A DNA stretch of 53,540 bases from the NCBI RefSeq assembly GCF_001194135.2, contig NC_068981.1, positions 94,812,637 through 94,866,176 on the forward strand. Direction: 5' to 3'. This document shows positions 1-12,604 of this stretch, one piece after another. This DNA is from Octopus bimaculoides. Taxonomy: Eukaryota. The first letter of the stretch is position 1. Each line of letters begins with the position of its first letter. A model generated the notes under the pieces. The model was not told the DNA's origin. It did no database searches and saw only the letters and a list, made by a program, of their open reading frames with translations. The translations under genes and the position numbers were made by a program.

Positions 1-43
1 GGACATAAGGGTATAACAGTGAAGTAGAGGCCAGGACTGAGGT

Positions 44-141
44 ATAGATAGAACGATAGAGGAAGACAGATAGATAAATAGATAGAAAGATAGATAGATA
101 GATAGATAGACAGATAGATAGATAGATAGATAGAAAGATAG
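44..141. repeat. (GATA)n microsatellite, imperfect
   Basis: Direct run of gata/gataga units. Confidence 0.9.
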
Positions 142-561
142 AGTCACGTCAGAATAATAGTAGACTTACTTGCAAAAAAGGACGTGTGCGTTCAATAATG
201 TAATAATACAAAGAATATATATACATGTATACACACATATATGTACATACTTACATCTACATGTGTATATATATGCATATCAGGGTACAGGACGTTAGAG
301 GCGTGGCGACGTATGCAGACTTGACCGGTTGGAAGCATACAGTTACAAATCTGCACATAAGACGGCAGGGTTTTTATCTTAATATCGCTAACATGTTTTC
401 ATGGACAGGAACTGTTTTCGGTGGAGAATCCTGTCTGAGCAGCCCTTTTAAGAACACTACTCACTTGGATATACTGTGAAGGTGCTAGAAAGTTGCACTA
501 AAAATTGTCTGTCTTTTCTCCTTTGGTTAGTTTACTGCGGTTAACGGTGGTTCAATTTAGC

Positions 562-3500
562 ATGAATGAACAAAGAATTGATATAAACAATGATAACAAG
601 TATGAAAGGAATAAGGTTTCTCTTAACCTAGCTTGTTGGAATGTAAGAACCCTTTTAGATCGAACAGATAGGCCTGAAAGAAGAACAGCTCTTGTAACTA
701 AGTAGCTAAGACGTCTTAATGTTGATATTGCAGCTCTTTCTGAAGTAAGATGTTCAGATGAAGATCATCTTGTTGAAAAAGCAGCAGGTTTCACATTATT
801 CTGGGCTGGGGAGCCGAAGGGTGGAAAAAGGGACGGTGGTCTTGGGTTTTCAATAAGAAGTGAATTGGAAAAAGCATAAACAAACGCATAATGAAACTCT
901 GGATCCTTCTGTCTTGTAGACGTTTTGTAACTGCTTTCTCTATGTTCCTACACTTTCAGCCAGTGAGGAAAATATCCATGCATTTTATGAGGCGTTTAGA
1001 AGAAGTATTCTATTAGTCTCTTTGAATGAGAAGTTGGTTGGGTTTGGTGACTTTAATGCACGTGTTGGTAGAACCTATGGTGCCTGGAATGTACTTGGCG
1101 TTAGGAATAGGAAAGGTGAACAACAATGAGTTCCATCTGCTACAAATGTGTTCTGAGCTAGGGTTAGTTGAAGCATCAAATTACTTGGATTCAAGCAAGA
1201 GCAAAGCAAGGTCACATGATTGACTTTGTATTAACTCGGAAAGCTGGCTTACATAATTTGTGCAGTCTCAGGGTATTACGAGGTACTGATTGAGATACTG
1301 ATCACAAATTTGTTAGGGTTAACTTCAAGTTCAGGGTCCGCAAGAAGATTCGTAGTGTATGTGTACGAGTACGAAAGAGAATTGATGTAGAGCAGCTAAA
1401 ACAATCACAAGTTTTGCAGTTATTTCAGGAGAGATGCAGCAATGTTCACTTTGATGGTTCATGGCAATCTTTTTGGGATGGAATATATAAAATGGGATCA
1501 CAGGTGTTAGGTTTTAAGAGGAGACAGGACCGAGACTGGTTTGATCCCAATGATAAGGTGATAAATGAGCTTTTAGCAAAAAAGAGTTCCACTCATGAAA
1601 AGCTTCTTGACCCAAACGTAAAGATCAAAGTGCAACTAGAAAAGTTGTACAAATCTCAGAAAGCAGACTTGCAAAAGGAACTCAGGAGGCTTAAAGACAC
1701 TTAGTAGAGAAATTTGTCTGACGAAGTTCAGACGGCCTACGACAGGGGAGACATTAAAAGTTTTTGTAGTTTATTGCGGCAAGCTTTTGGACCGCAGTTT
1801 TCATCATATGTTCCCTTGAAGTCAAAAGATGGAAATGAGGTTATTAAAGATCCTCCTAGAATAATGAATAGATGGAGAGTACACTTTGAAGATCGTTTCC
1901 ACAGTCCTTCTGTAGTGAACATGGATATCATAAACAACATTCCGCAAAGAGAGATAGTGTAATACATGAACGATATACTCTCCATTGAAGAAGTAAATCT
2001 GGCATTATGTAAACTGAGATCAAGTAAAGCTCCTGGATTGAATGGTATTCCAGTTGAAATTTTGAAAGCAGGTAGGCAGCATATTTCATCTGAAATTCAT
2101 GGCCTGATAGCTCGAGCTTGGAATAAATCTTCTGTGCCACAGGAATGTATAAACGACATTCTAATCTCTGTATACAAGGGTAGGGGCCCAAAACCAGTGT
2201 GTGGTAATTCTAGAGGGATAACTCTCCTAGCAAATACCGGGAAGATACTTTCAGGTACCATGTTAAATCATCTCGTTGAGAATGTGTGTCCACATGTGAT
2301 TCCTGAAGAACAGTGTTGTTTCAGACCTGAGCGAAGAACAATGGACATGATATTTTCTACGAGGCAGGTTTAGGAGAAATGCTTCGAGCACAAGTTCCCA
2401 ACCGGCGTGTCGCGGCACCCTGGGGCACCATGAGATCAACCGAGGGGTGCTGCGAAATATACATACGTATGTGGTATCATGACTGATCATTTAGAGTCAA
2501 AAATACATTTTGATACTATTTTAACAATAAATATTGTTGTCATCTTATATTTTGTATTGTTGTCTATTAAATTTTTGTATTATCATCTATTTCATGTTTA
2601 TTATATCAACATTGGTGAAATGAAGAACATTTCATTATCAATTCCAGGAACATAGTTTTCTTACGCAGATGTTATTATCCAGAGACAAGGCTTTGTTATA
2701 TTGATGTTGAATCAAAAAACAACTGTCATATTAGATTTTCTAATAGGGGTGCCGTGGATTTCTGAAAGGCTTGGCAAGGGTGCCTCGAGGCAGAAAAGGT
2801 TGGGATATTGTGGCTTAGAGAAACAAATACCACTAAACCGGGTTTTCATAGATTTAACTGAGGCATTTGACACGGTAAATAGGGAGGCAATGTGGATTGT
2901 TTTATGCAAACTTGGTTTCCCAACACATTTTGTGAACATCTTTAAGGAACTACACAAAAACATGAAAGCTCAAGTAATCATTATACGGTGAGCTATCTCA
3001 TGAATTTTCGGTGGACAACGGTGTCAACCAGGGAGATATTCCTGCGCCTACACTTTTCTCTATTTATTTTGCTGCATTACTTTGGTATGCTTTCAAGGAT
3101 TGCAACAGGTGAATCGGCATCAGATTTCGGACATCTGGTCGCATCTTTAATCTGATCCGACTTAACTGCAAAGCAAAGACTTTTAAAACACTTGTTAGAG
3201 AATTACTTTATGCTGATGATGCTGATTTGTTGGTACACTCAGATGGGGATATGCAACATATAATGGACAGATTTTCCACTGCATGTGTATATTTCAGGCT
3301 CATAATTAGTCTTGGGAAAACAAAAGTAATGTATATTCCCGCGCCAGGACAAACATATTCTGAACGAAACATTTTTATGAATGAAAAAAGTTAGAAGTCA
3401 TTGATACCTTTGTTTACCTCGGAAGGACCCTGTGAAGAGATGGTGGTCTTGGTGCAGAGATATACTATCAAAAAGGGAAGGGAAGTGTTGCATTTGGAAA

Positions 3501-4363
3501 GCTCGAAAAGCGAGTATGGGTGGATAGAAGTATTTCCTTGCAGACAAAAGCCAGTGTCTATAAAACGTGTGTATTGACTGTACTTCTTTATTAGAGAGAT
3601 TTCATCAAAAGTGCCTCAGACGTATCTTGGGAGTCAAGTGGGAATGTTTCATACCAGATACTGAAGTTTTGTGCATGGTACGTTGTAGCTCAATTGAACA
3701 TGTTATCTTGGCTCAAATGAGATGGGCTGGACATGTTATCAGAATGTAAATATGAGCGATTACCAAAGCGTCTTTTTTATGGTGAGCTCAACTCTGGTAA
3801 GCGACCACAACATAAGCCGACAAAAAGGTATAAAGACTGTGTGAAAGAAAACCTGAAGAAACTAGATATGAACAAAAGTGATTGGAAAATTGATGTTTTA
3901 GATTGGAACAAGTGGAGAGGTGCTCTTAGGACTGGTTACTATACCTGAGAGGAAAAGACGAGTCAGCAGTCTCAGCTTAAAAGGGCCTGTCGCAAAGGAA
4001 CAATTGGAACTGAAACCAACAGTGAACATTGAAAATGTATTATGTGTGATCCTGTTCTGTTGTCAAAAGCAGGATATGTGAATCATATGAAGTCACATGA
4101 AAATCGAAGTGCCCGTGTAATTAATAATCTTGAACAACAATCGCCTTTTATGACTTGTGTCATATGTCACAAAACTTGTAAGACAATATCTGGATTTAAA
4201 AAGACATATGCTAGTTCACAAAAACATTCCTTCAGAATCAAATTCCAAAGGGTAAAAATATAGAAGAAACTTGAATATCTGTTACTTGTGTTTTAAACCC
4301 TGTCAGCCAGCAATTGGTCTTAAAAGTCACCTGAGGGCTCATCCACGGAGTGATTGTGCTTAG
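562..4363 (+). pseudogene. RTE ORF (endonuclease, reverse transcriptase, three C-terminal C2H2 fingers) with many stops and frameshifts
   Basis: ATG at 562; ORF-track pieces 505-705, 1414-1704, 1714-1962, 1966-2373, 3567-3948 and 4042-4263 are collinear parts of one RTE protein; last finger CYLCFKPCQPAIGLKSHLRAH, stop at 4361-4363. Confidence 0.85.
2389..2812. mobile_element. Non-autonomous hAT-type MITE (424 bp) inserted in the RTE RT domain
   Basis: Imperfect TIRs cacaagttcccaa versus rc cacaatatcccaa; 8-bp TSD gcttcgag (2381-2388) / gcttagag (2813-2820); excision restores EKCLEKQIPLNRVFIDLTEAFD. Confidence 0.85.
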
Positions 4364-4454
4364 TGATGGGGTGTGGTGCGTGTGTTAATGGGATGGGTAT
4401 CATCTGTCAAGATGAAACAATCATCATATATATTTACGCACACACACATACATA

Positions 4455-4520
4455 CATACATACACTTGCCCAAGGTGTCATACAGTGAAACTGAACCCAA
4501 AACTATGTGGTTGTGAAGCA
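4455..4520 (-). mobile_element. SINE family A head fragment
   Basis: Reverse complement matches the tRNA-like head seen at 5325 and 31890 (ccacat..gggttcagt..ccttgggcaagtgt). Confidence 0.6.
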
Positions 4521-4637
4521 TACAGCAATGTCTGCATATAATAGTATCGATTTCAAATCTTGCCCAAATCATACTGTACCGTGTTAGCGAGAGAGAGGTG
4601 GGATAAAGAGAGGAGGGAGGAGACAAACAAACAGACA

Positions 4638-4701
<64 letters not shown>

Positions 4702-5431
4702 GGTTACATTTACTGAAATGACTCAAATATATACTACGAGTGGTGAAAATAAAAATAAACAATGGTATACTCATATCTGGAACACTTTCTATTGAAGTGC
4801 ATTTGAATTAGGGATGAACAAGAACAGAAAATACTATTTATAGAACTCTAAAGCAATTTCTCAGAAATACTTTTTTAAATTATTAACTAGGATCAATGAA
4901 AAATAAAAAAATAAAGCTTCCGCAATGATGTTCTGTATGCTAAGAACTATGAAATGTTGCTTGAAATGTTGCTTCCGTAACGACTGTTTATTAAATCTTC
5001 TCTAACAACTATTTAAACAAATTATAATATTTTGAGTGACGTAAAATTGCTACGGACCAATAAAACGTGACGATAACCTTATTCAGTAAACAGGATCGAG
5101 AAATAGCCTATGAAAATGCTTAAAATACTTCCTGGAGCTGATATTTATAAATCATAATTAATGCAATCCAAAAAAGAAGCGTATTTTCTCTTGTTGCAAT
5201 CCAATCCGCCCGTATCTAATCATTACGAATTGTTATTAGCCAAAACACAAATGGCTAAAAAATACAGGCTGTTAAAAAAAAAGCAGAACATCAATCATGC
5301 ACAGTCATAGGTGCATACATGGCTGCGTTTTTAAGAAGGTCGCTTTGCAACGTGTGGTTTCGGGTTCAGTCCCACTACGCAGCAACCTTGACCAAGTGTT
5401 TTCTATTATAGCCTCGAGCCGACCAATGTAC

Positions 5432-5587
5432 CTGGAGCAGACCCAAGGGGGTGGCTGAGGGGGAACGAACCTCTACAAGAAAAGAAGTGCACCCTTCTCA
5501 ATAATGTTATTACGCCCTTTTCTCCTGGAATTGTATTCCCTTCTGACCTTGTGTCCTACGTTCGAAAAATTCCTGGGACCGTGCCTG
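5432..5587. mobile_element. Short GC-rich insertion with degenerate TIRs (possible MITE) inside the SINE A core
   Basis: Splits ccaatg|tgtgggtg of the SINE; ends ctggagcagaccc and rc caggcacggtccc each match caggggcggaccc at 10/13. Confidence 0.4.
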
Positions 5588-5633
5588 TATACTGTGGGTG
5601 AATTTGTTAGAGAGAAACTGTGCCGAAGCCCGT

Positions 5634-5672
<39 letters not shown>

Positions 5673-5689
5673 ATATATAAACAGAAAAC

Positions 5690-5850
5690 TATAAACTTTT
5701 ATTCCGTGTTCCATAATTACTCTGCAATAAATATTTTCCATTAGTCTCCAGTATTTTCAACTTTCACATAAATTACGTCATCTGCAAATATATTTTGGAG
5801 AACTGGAATAAGCAGATGCACTTCATAATGACACAGCTTGGATTATAACC
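5690..5850 (-). mobile_element. Tiny decayed LINE RT fragment
   Basis: Minus-strand translation LQNIFADDVIY resembles the RT Y/FADD motif; little else is conserved. Confidence 0.3.
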
Positions 5851-6089
5851 CTATCTACAATCTCTGTGTGTGCATGTATGTGTAAGTGTATGTGTTTACC
5901 TTTGTGTTTGTCCCCCATCATCGCTTGACAACTAGTGTTGGTTTCTTTATGTTCCCATGACATAGCGGTTCGGCAAAGCGGTGAAAAGTTCGGTAAAAAG
6001 CGACCGATAGAGTAAACACGGAACTGTGGTCTATTTGTTCAACTAAACCCTTATTGACTGTACCCCAGCATGGCCGCTATCTAATGACA

Positions 6090-6230
6090 TTTTCCTCCAA
6101 ATTCCACCCCACCTCACCCCCATTACGATCTTTAAGTTAAACTGTAAAAATCAATCCAGCAGTTCAACTAACAAAGAAGCTTAGCGTGGTCTCTCGAACT
6201 GCTAGAAATAGTAACCAAATCTCTTGCAAA
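6090..6230 (+). mobile_element. SINE family F fragment
   Basis: ctgctagaaatagtaaccaaatctc matches copies at 26130-26315, 33127-33584 and 36500-36680. Confidence 0.5.
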
Positions 6231-6306
6231 TAAAAAAAAAAGATGTTTATAATCCTAGGATTATGAGATCAGGACTGACGAGGGATTAAACTACAATCCT
6301 TTTATG

Positions 6307-6564
6307 CAATGGTTCTCAATCGGGGTCAATATGGCCCTTGGTGGTCCACATAAAATTTTGTTGTTAAAATTTGTGTAATAAAATTGGTTATACTTACACA
6401 TTACACAAAATATTTCAAGACTATTTTTATACTATCCCTAATAATACTCAGTTACAAAAATATAATAGGATTTTATTTCAACATCAAATTGTTATGGGGG
6501 TCCAGTAGCGTGAAATAGGAACCAAAGGGGTCCATAGGAAGAAAAAAATGGTTGAGAGTCACTG
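6307..6564. mobile_element. hAT-type MITE
   Basis: TIRs caatggttctcaa versus rc cagtgactctcaa; the end sequence is shared, in opposite orientation, with the MITE at 16293-16602; TSD decayed. Confidence 0.7.
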
Positions 6565-6827
6565 CCCTAACGCAATAAATAACTGGTAAAGTGACTCAAG
6601 AGAATATCCTTCACAATGTAAGAAGAAAATGCGACTTTAATAAAAGTGAAATAGAAGTAACACAAAATGATTTTATATTGTTGCATTACGTCAACGCCTT
6701 TTTCTTATTTTACTTTCTACAAGCGTATTCACTAAGTACAGGAGAAATAATATATGTCGAGGTCGTATTCAATCTGAATATAATTTGAATAGATTTATGG
6801 CTGTAGCTTTTTCACTATTGTTACACA

Positions 6828-6960
6828 CGCGCCGCCGCCGCTGCTACTGCTGCTGAGCTGCTGCTGCCGCCGCCGCCGCTGCCACCTCTGGCACCGCTGT
6901 CACTGCTGTTGATCGTACCACCACCACCACCACTTCCATCATCACCGCAACAACTGCTGG
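6828..6960. repeat. GCC/GCT/ACC trinucleotide low-complexity tract
   Basis: Direct inspection. Confidence 0.75.
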
Positions 6961-7059
6961 CGCACTTCGCCGTCACCAACTGTTAACTCGCCGTTGTCGC
7001 ATTAAATGCTAGAAATATCAACTATATCAATATCATATCATAACACAACAAACCCAGAG

Positions 7060-7323
7060 TTCAGTTACCTTTTGTAATGCATAAATAAAAGCTCTCTCCC
7101 GAGTCATATGAAACTTATAGAGCCAGTTTCTGTAGCGTATATAATCTCCATCTGGACGGGACGCTAGTTCATCACGGGAATACTCATTTTTGCGAGCTGA
7201 GTGAATTGGAGTAACGTGAAATGAAGTGCTTCGTTCAAGAACACAAAGCATCGTGTAATCCAGAAATCAAAACCACATTTTAGGATCATGAATTCAACAC
7301 CCTAACCACTGAGCCACGCGCCT
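7060..7323 (-). mobile_element. tRNA-headed SINE, head H1 plus tail T1
   Basis: rc begins gaggcgcgtggctcagtggttagggtgtt (A-box-like), then tgtgttcttgaacgaagcacttcatttcacgttactcca and gaactagcgtcccgtccag. Confidence 0.7.
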
Positions 7324-7482
7324 CAAATCCTTTTGTAATGGCCCCACTTTATATTATTTTTAACATCCACCCGTGGCCCACATGAAAATTATATATCTTA
7401 CATGAATATACCCTCGTGCACTCCACCTTCATTTCCATCATTGACAAAGCTTGCTTTATCATTTTTTTAAATTATTTTTTTT

Positions 7483-7672
7483 ACTTGTTTCAATCATTGG
7501 ACTGCAGCCCTGCTGGGGTACCGAATTAAAAGGTTTTAGACGAACAATTCGACACCAGAATTTATTTTTAAAGTCTGGTACTTGTTTTATCGGTCTTTAT
7601 TGCCGAACCACTAAATTACGTGGACGTAAACGAACACTAGTTATCAAGCTGTGGTGGTGACAAAAGTCTCAC
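7483..7672 (-). mobile_element. SINE family A tail
   Basis: rc of the tail at 5900-6090. Confidence 0.75.
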
Positions 7673-7778
7673 ATATATATATATATATATATACATATAC
7701 ACACATTTCTCTCATTCTCTTTTTCTCTCTCTCTATTATATATATATATGTATATAAAATATATATATGTGTGTATGT

Positions 7779-7812
<34 letters not shown>

Positions 7813-8363
7813 NNNNNNNNNNNNNNNNNNNNNNNNNNNNNNNNNNNNNNNNNNNNNNNNNNNNNNNNNNNNNNNNNNNNNNNNNNNNNNNNNNNNNNNN
7901 NNNNNNNNNNNNNNNNNNNNNNNNNNNNNNNNNNNNNNNNNNNNNNNNNNNNNNNNNNNNNNNNNNNNNNNNNNNNNNNNNNNNNNNNNNNNNNNNNNNN
8001 NNNNNNNNNNNNNNNNNNNNNNNNNNNNNNNNNNAACGACAATATGAGTCTTCAAAGACAGTTGCTCTCATAAATTCTAAAATAAAATTTAGGATTTATG
8101 GAGAACCAAAGTTGGGAACAAAAACAGGACAGTCGAGACATACAAGGAAACCGGACGAAAACAAACATGGAGGGTCGTTAGACCAGAACGAGAGGAAAAT
8201 AGTGAACGCTGGGAGAAATATTTTCTTTGAAAAGAGAAAAGATAGGAAAGAGAGAGAGAAAAAAAATGCCCAGTCATTTGAACATCCGTGCAGGAAAAAA
8301 AGATGGTCACGTGAGGAAAAGAAGGATGGATTATGGTCACGTGTAAGCAACGAAAGTGAGAGA

Positions 8364-8411
<48 letters not shown>

Positions 8412-8528
8412 TAGAAAACGGTGAAAGAGGGAGGGAAGAAAAAGGGAATTAGAGAAGGATGGAGGAAGAAAACAGTATAGAGTACAGTCGCATCAAAAAG
8501 GTGAAGATAAACTTACTTGGAAATGGAT

Positions 8529-8579
<51 letters not shown>

Positions 8580-10364
8580 TTATCTGTTTCTCTCCCTTTC
8601 TGTTTCTCTCTGTCTATCAGTCTGTTTATTTCTCTCTCCCCCTCTCTCTCTTTCCTTCTCCCCCTCCCTCTCTCATTTATTCAGGTTGTTCAGTTTCATA
8701 GCGTAGTACATTGGGCAGGTATCTTCTGCTACAGCCACGGATCAACATTTGCGCACATTAGTTTATTATTTTCACATTATCCCTTTTTATTTGGAAGATC
8801 CCAACACATAATATGACTCCCCCTAACATGTGACGTCCCGGGCGACTATACAGAATTGACGAGACCTTCTACTGGTCGGTTTTAAATAAGAAAAAATATA
8901 TGGAAAAATTGCATAAAACCTTCAAGTTAAAATCAGGGAAACCGGATCCAGGTCTGTTAACGTTTAACCGCAAAACTTAAAAATTTATATACTAAAATCT
9001 TTTACTATACAAAACATTCGAAACAACAAGTGATTCTTTATTTTGCCTTGTTCCATTCCATCCTTCTCACTTTTTTATATATATATATGTTTATATAAAT
9101 TATGTATGCCAAACTCAGCTTAAGACTACGTATACAAATATAATTTCAGTTGATCAACGACACGAAAACATTTATTCTGTGAAAACGTATCGTAATATTT
9201 TTATGGTTCATACATATCAACACATACAATTAAATTATTCTCCTCTACTGTTAAAAAGTCGAACTTGTTTTGGCTATCGCCAAGCAAACATACGAACCTA
9301 CTTCGTCCCGCTTCCTTCCAGTTCGTTGCTTCACAGAGATCAATATACACATAATTTTTCACGTCTGGCCGTATAGCCTTTTCCGTTTGCTTTCCTGTCT
9401 TGTTTTCTGTCCGCCACTACATTCCTCCATGGTACAAATTAAATTTGTGGTCCGTGGGAAGAGCCATTTTAACGATGCGTCCTGCCCTAACGCCTGTGTT
9501 AGAATGGTGGCAGCTGATGAAGAAAGATGTTCTGTATGTGACCTGTGTGTTTTCTGTACTCTGGTTATTATTATTTTTTTGTCTACGTTTTGTTTGCAAC
9601 GTCCTGCACCCAGATATGCACCTATATATACAGGTAGATGTAGGTATGCACATACTTGTACGTATATATGCATATACTCATTTATTATTTGTTTTATATA
9701 TATATNNNNNNNNNNNNNNNNNNNNNNNNNNNNNNNNNNNNNNNNNNNNNNNNNNNNNNNNNNNNNNNNNNNNNNNNNNNNNNNNNNNNNNNNNNNNNNN
9801 NNNNNNNNNNNNNNNNNNNNNNNNNNNNNNNNNNNNNNNNNNNNNNNNNNNNNNNNNNNNNNNNNNNNNNNNNNNNNNTATATATATATATATATCAAAG
9901 CAAATTTCGATACATTTCAACTTTTACTCCTTTTTTTATATATAAATATGTGTATGCGTATATGTGTATACATACACACACATGTACACCTGTATGTTTT
10001 TACATACATACATACATGCATGCATACATACATAGAGAGAGAGAGAAAGGGAGAAATTACGAAGGAGAGAAACAATCGAGTTGAGTAACTACACATGATA
10101 GACTAACTAGATAGCGTACTCAATGAACAGTTTCGACACGAATGGTGTTTGTTCGTTTCTTGGTATAACTAATAAAAAAAGCACTAATTGCCATCTTATT
10201 CAAGGCCAGATTTCTTTGTGTTCCTCAATGGATACTTCAATGTCACGTGTGTGTGTGTGTGTGTGTGTGTGTCTGTCTGTCTGTCTGTCTTATGTGTTTT
10301 ATATGTATATGTTATACACACACATACACATATATGAGCATATTTACTAGCATATATACATATA

Positions 10365-11142
10365 CGTGCTTTTATCAATAAGCATCTGAACTGTTGCTGT
10401 AGTAACGAACCAAAACACGGAGAGTGAAGCCGCTTGGTACAGACTGACCTTGAACTTTGCTGTGCATGTGCACTAAGTTTTAACGTTTTAGCTCATTTCC
10501 ACTATTTACAGCAATGCTTGGAAAGAAGGTGTGTAGTGTGTGATCGTCGCATTGACCATGACAGAGAAAGTTGAGCAGAGAATCTGCATCAAATTTTGCC
10601 AAAAGTTTGGCGATACCTGCTCAGAGGCCTATGCACAGTTTGCAAAAAGTTTTCATTGTTCTCAACACAATCAAGGAAATCTTGTGCAATTGAAACCCGA
10701 GTGTCTCTTTCGTCAGCTGAAAGTACTTTTGGCACAAACTTGGCAGACATGCGTCTCATACCCAAATCGTCAGTGATAATGGACTGAACTGAACCGTAAC
10801 TAATCTGCACATCCTCTGGCAACTCACGGATGGTGATTCGGCGATTTCCACTCACAGCTGTATGCACATCTGCGATGTTTTTCTCAGCTCTGCTGGCTGC
10901 GATCCTCCCGGAACGTTCGTCAATATCGACATTTTTTTTCGGCCATCTTGGAAACGTCTGAACCACTCGTGCACATGTGTGCGGCTCATACACTCCTCTC
11001 TACACACTTCCTGCAACTTTGTGTAGACCTCTGAGCAGGTATCGCAATAATAATAAGCTTAGTGCACATGCACAGCAGAGTTCAAATCTGTGCCAAGCGG
11101 CTTCACTCTGCGTGTTTTAGCTTCGTTACTATACCAACAGTC
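10365..11142. mobile_element. Rearranged mariner (Tc1/mariner) derivative with two inverted 5' ends
   Basis: TA at 10363-10364; about 90-bp inverted arms 10388-10477 / 11058-11142; plus strand MTEKVEQRICIKFCQKFGDTCSE; minus strand HVHEWFRRFQDG, DERSGR, NRRITIREL, GMRRMSAKFVPKVL. Confidence 0.88.
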
Positions 11143-11758
11143 AGGAAGAAGAAACATTTTTAAGGCTGCAGAGAGCAACTGATTCCTTCCAATCTCTTCA
11201 GTCTCGTGTCTGGTCCCAGCTTGGCATCACAAAGCAAACAAAAATTGCTGTGTACCGTACATGCGTACTGACATCGCTCCTTTACTCATGTGAAATATGA
11301 ACCCTTTACAAACGTCATGTAAGGGTCCTTGAACGCTTTCATCAGAGATGTCTCAGACACATTCTGAATGTTAGCTGGACCTTAAAAACTCCAGACCCAC
11401 AGGTCTTGAGGGCAGCTGATATCTCATTAAAGGCCTGTGATTTTCAGGAGACTGACTGGGAGAACAATGCCTGTCATCGCCACAGATGGAGAAAGCAGGT
11501 TAAGGAGGGGGTTCACACTTTTGAGAGAGCACGTATTCTGCATGAAGAACTTAAGCATACTGCTCGAAAGCGCACTGCTGATGTAGTGAATGGGAAAGCT
11601 TGGTCTGCAAGGTTTCAGTCGTGTATGCTTGTCAAGAGCAGGGTTCATAAGCCACCAACGGAGCCGCAAATGCAAAATATAAGTTAGTCCTAGAGCGCAC
11701 AATGTCCCTGAAGGTCAGTAATGGTCTTCCTCGGTCACGAGTGGACGGCCATCATCAT
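11143..11758 (+). mobile_element. 5'-truncated, internally deleted RTE/BovB 3' fragment
   Basis: TKIAVYRTCVLTSLLYSCEI, LERFHQRCLRHILNVSW, terminal finger remnant SRVCLSRAGFISHQRS, 3' hairpin ctcg-gtca-cgag and (ATC)n tail. Confidence 0.88.
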
Positions 11759-11859
11759 GTATGAGTATGTGTGTATGTGTGTGTGCTTATGGTTGTGTTT
11801 AAGAAGGGCCTGGTAATTCAGGAAGTGAAGGGAGAAGAGAATGCCAAAAGAATCCAGAA

Positions 11860-12400
11860 GGCAGTCTAACAATGCCAATAAGGACAATGAACAACGTGGG
11901 GGATGCACTCCTGCGAAGTCATAGCTAGATTTTCATATGGCATATGGCTCCTCTGAGAGTCACTTTCGTCCTCCGGTCCATATGTGACCTGCTGCTCTAA
12001 AATACAAACATGATGAAGTAAGAAAACTCAGAGGATCCTACATACCCACTCTGCCAAGGCAAACAAACGGTGGTTAATACAGAGTGGCACTAAACCAGGG
12101 GAGGTACGCGTGGCGACACAATCAATTGTTTAAAGAGATTTTGCATGGAATTTGTGCCGCGAAAGGGAAGAAAATGACATCAGAAACGCTACTGGTGTGC
12201 TACACAACAGGTAGGAAATTATTGTGGCCTGGAAAAGAGGTACTAACTGGATCTGGAACACTGTTGGATGGAGTGGATGAGTGGGAATGCACAGCACATC
12301 TTCCAGCATGGAAGAATCACCCGGGCGCAGTCAACAAGAGGGGTATGGGAACAGGCATTCTGTTCTATTCACTTTTATCAAAAGCAAGTTTCCCTCTCAT
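11860..12400 (+). mobile_element. HERO-like non-LTR retrotransposon C-terminal fragment (zinc knuckle leading into RLE region)
   Basis: WHMAPLRVTFVLRSICDLL, PTYPLCQGKQT, ALNQGRYAWRHNQLF; resembles the QGRYTWRHNQVL signature of HERO/NeSL-type RLE elements. Confidence 0.7.
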
Positions 12401-12502
12401 CCCAAGTGTAAGAGGTTAAGGGTCGAAACCCTTGCATGAGCAGGTTTCTTCTTTAAAGACTTTCTGCTATTCAGCTCCCCTTAGGGTTTCTTACTACTGA
12501 CA

Positions 12503-12518
12503 GACACAAACACACACA

Positions 12519-12567
<49 letters not shown>

Positions 12568-12571
12568 GCAC

Positions 12572-12604
<33 letters not shown>

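Larger units (their letters stand above)
283..4427 (+). mobile_element. Near full-length degenerate RTE/BovB-type LINE (5' UTR, single APE-RT ORF, 3' stem-loop and (TCA)n tail)
   Basis: APE motifs LACWNVRTLLD and DIAALSEVR; RT motifs KAPGLNGIPVEILK, FIDLTEAFDTVNRE and YADD (3209-3220); post-RT RWAGHVIRM and RLPKRLFYGEL; tail tcatcat at 4421-4427. The 5' boundary is approximate. Confidence 0.92.
5322..6090 (+). mobile_element. SINE family A copy (tRNA-like head, ccttgggcaagtgt-type core, (GT)n, tail), interrupted
   Basis: Head ggtttcgggttcagtcccact; core gcctcgagccgaccaatg; tail gtcccccatcatcgcttgacaac..ccccagcatggccgc; same modules recur at 18535-18937 and 50521-50897. Confidence 0.75.

Noticed and set aside
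6828-6960. Poly-Ala/Pro-like tract suggesting a transcription-factor exon
   Set aside because: No sustained ORF or splice context; similar low-complexity tracts occur at about 17500 and 33050.
9514-9545. CTGATGA followed by an agaa/ttct stem as a hammerhead
   Set aside because: No GAAA or NUH/stem I complement follows.
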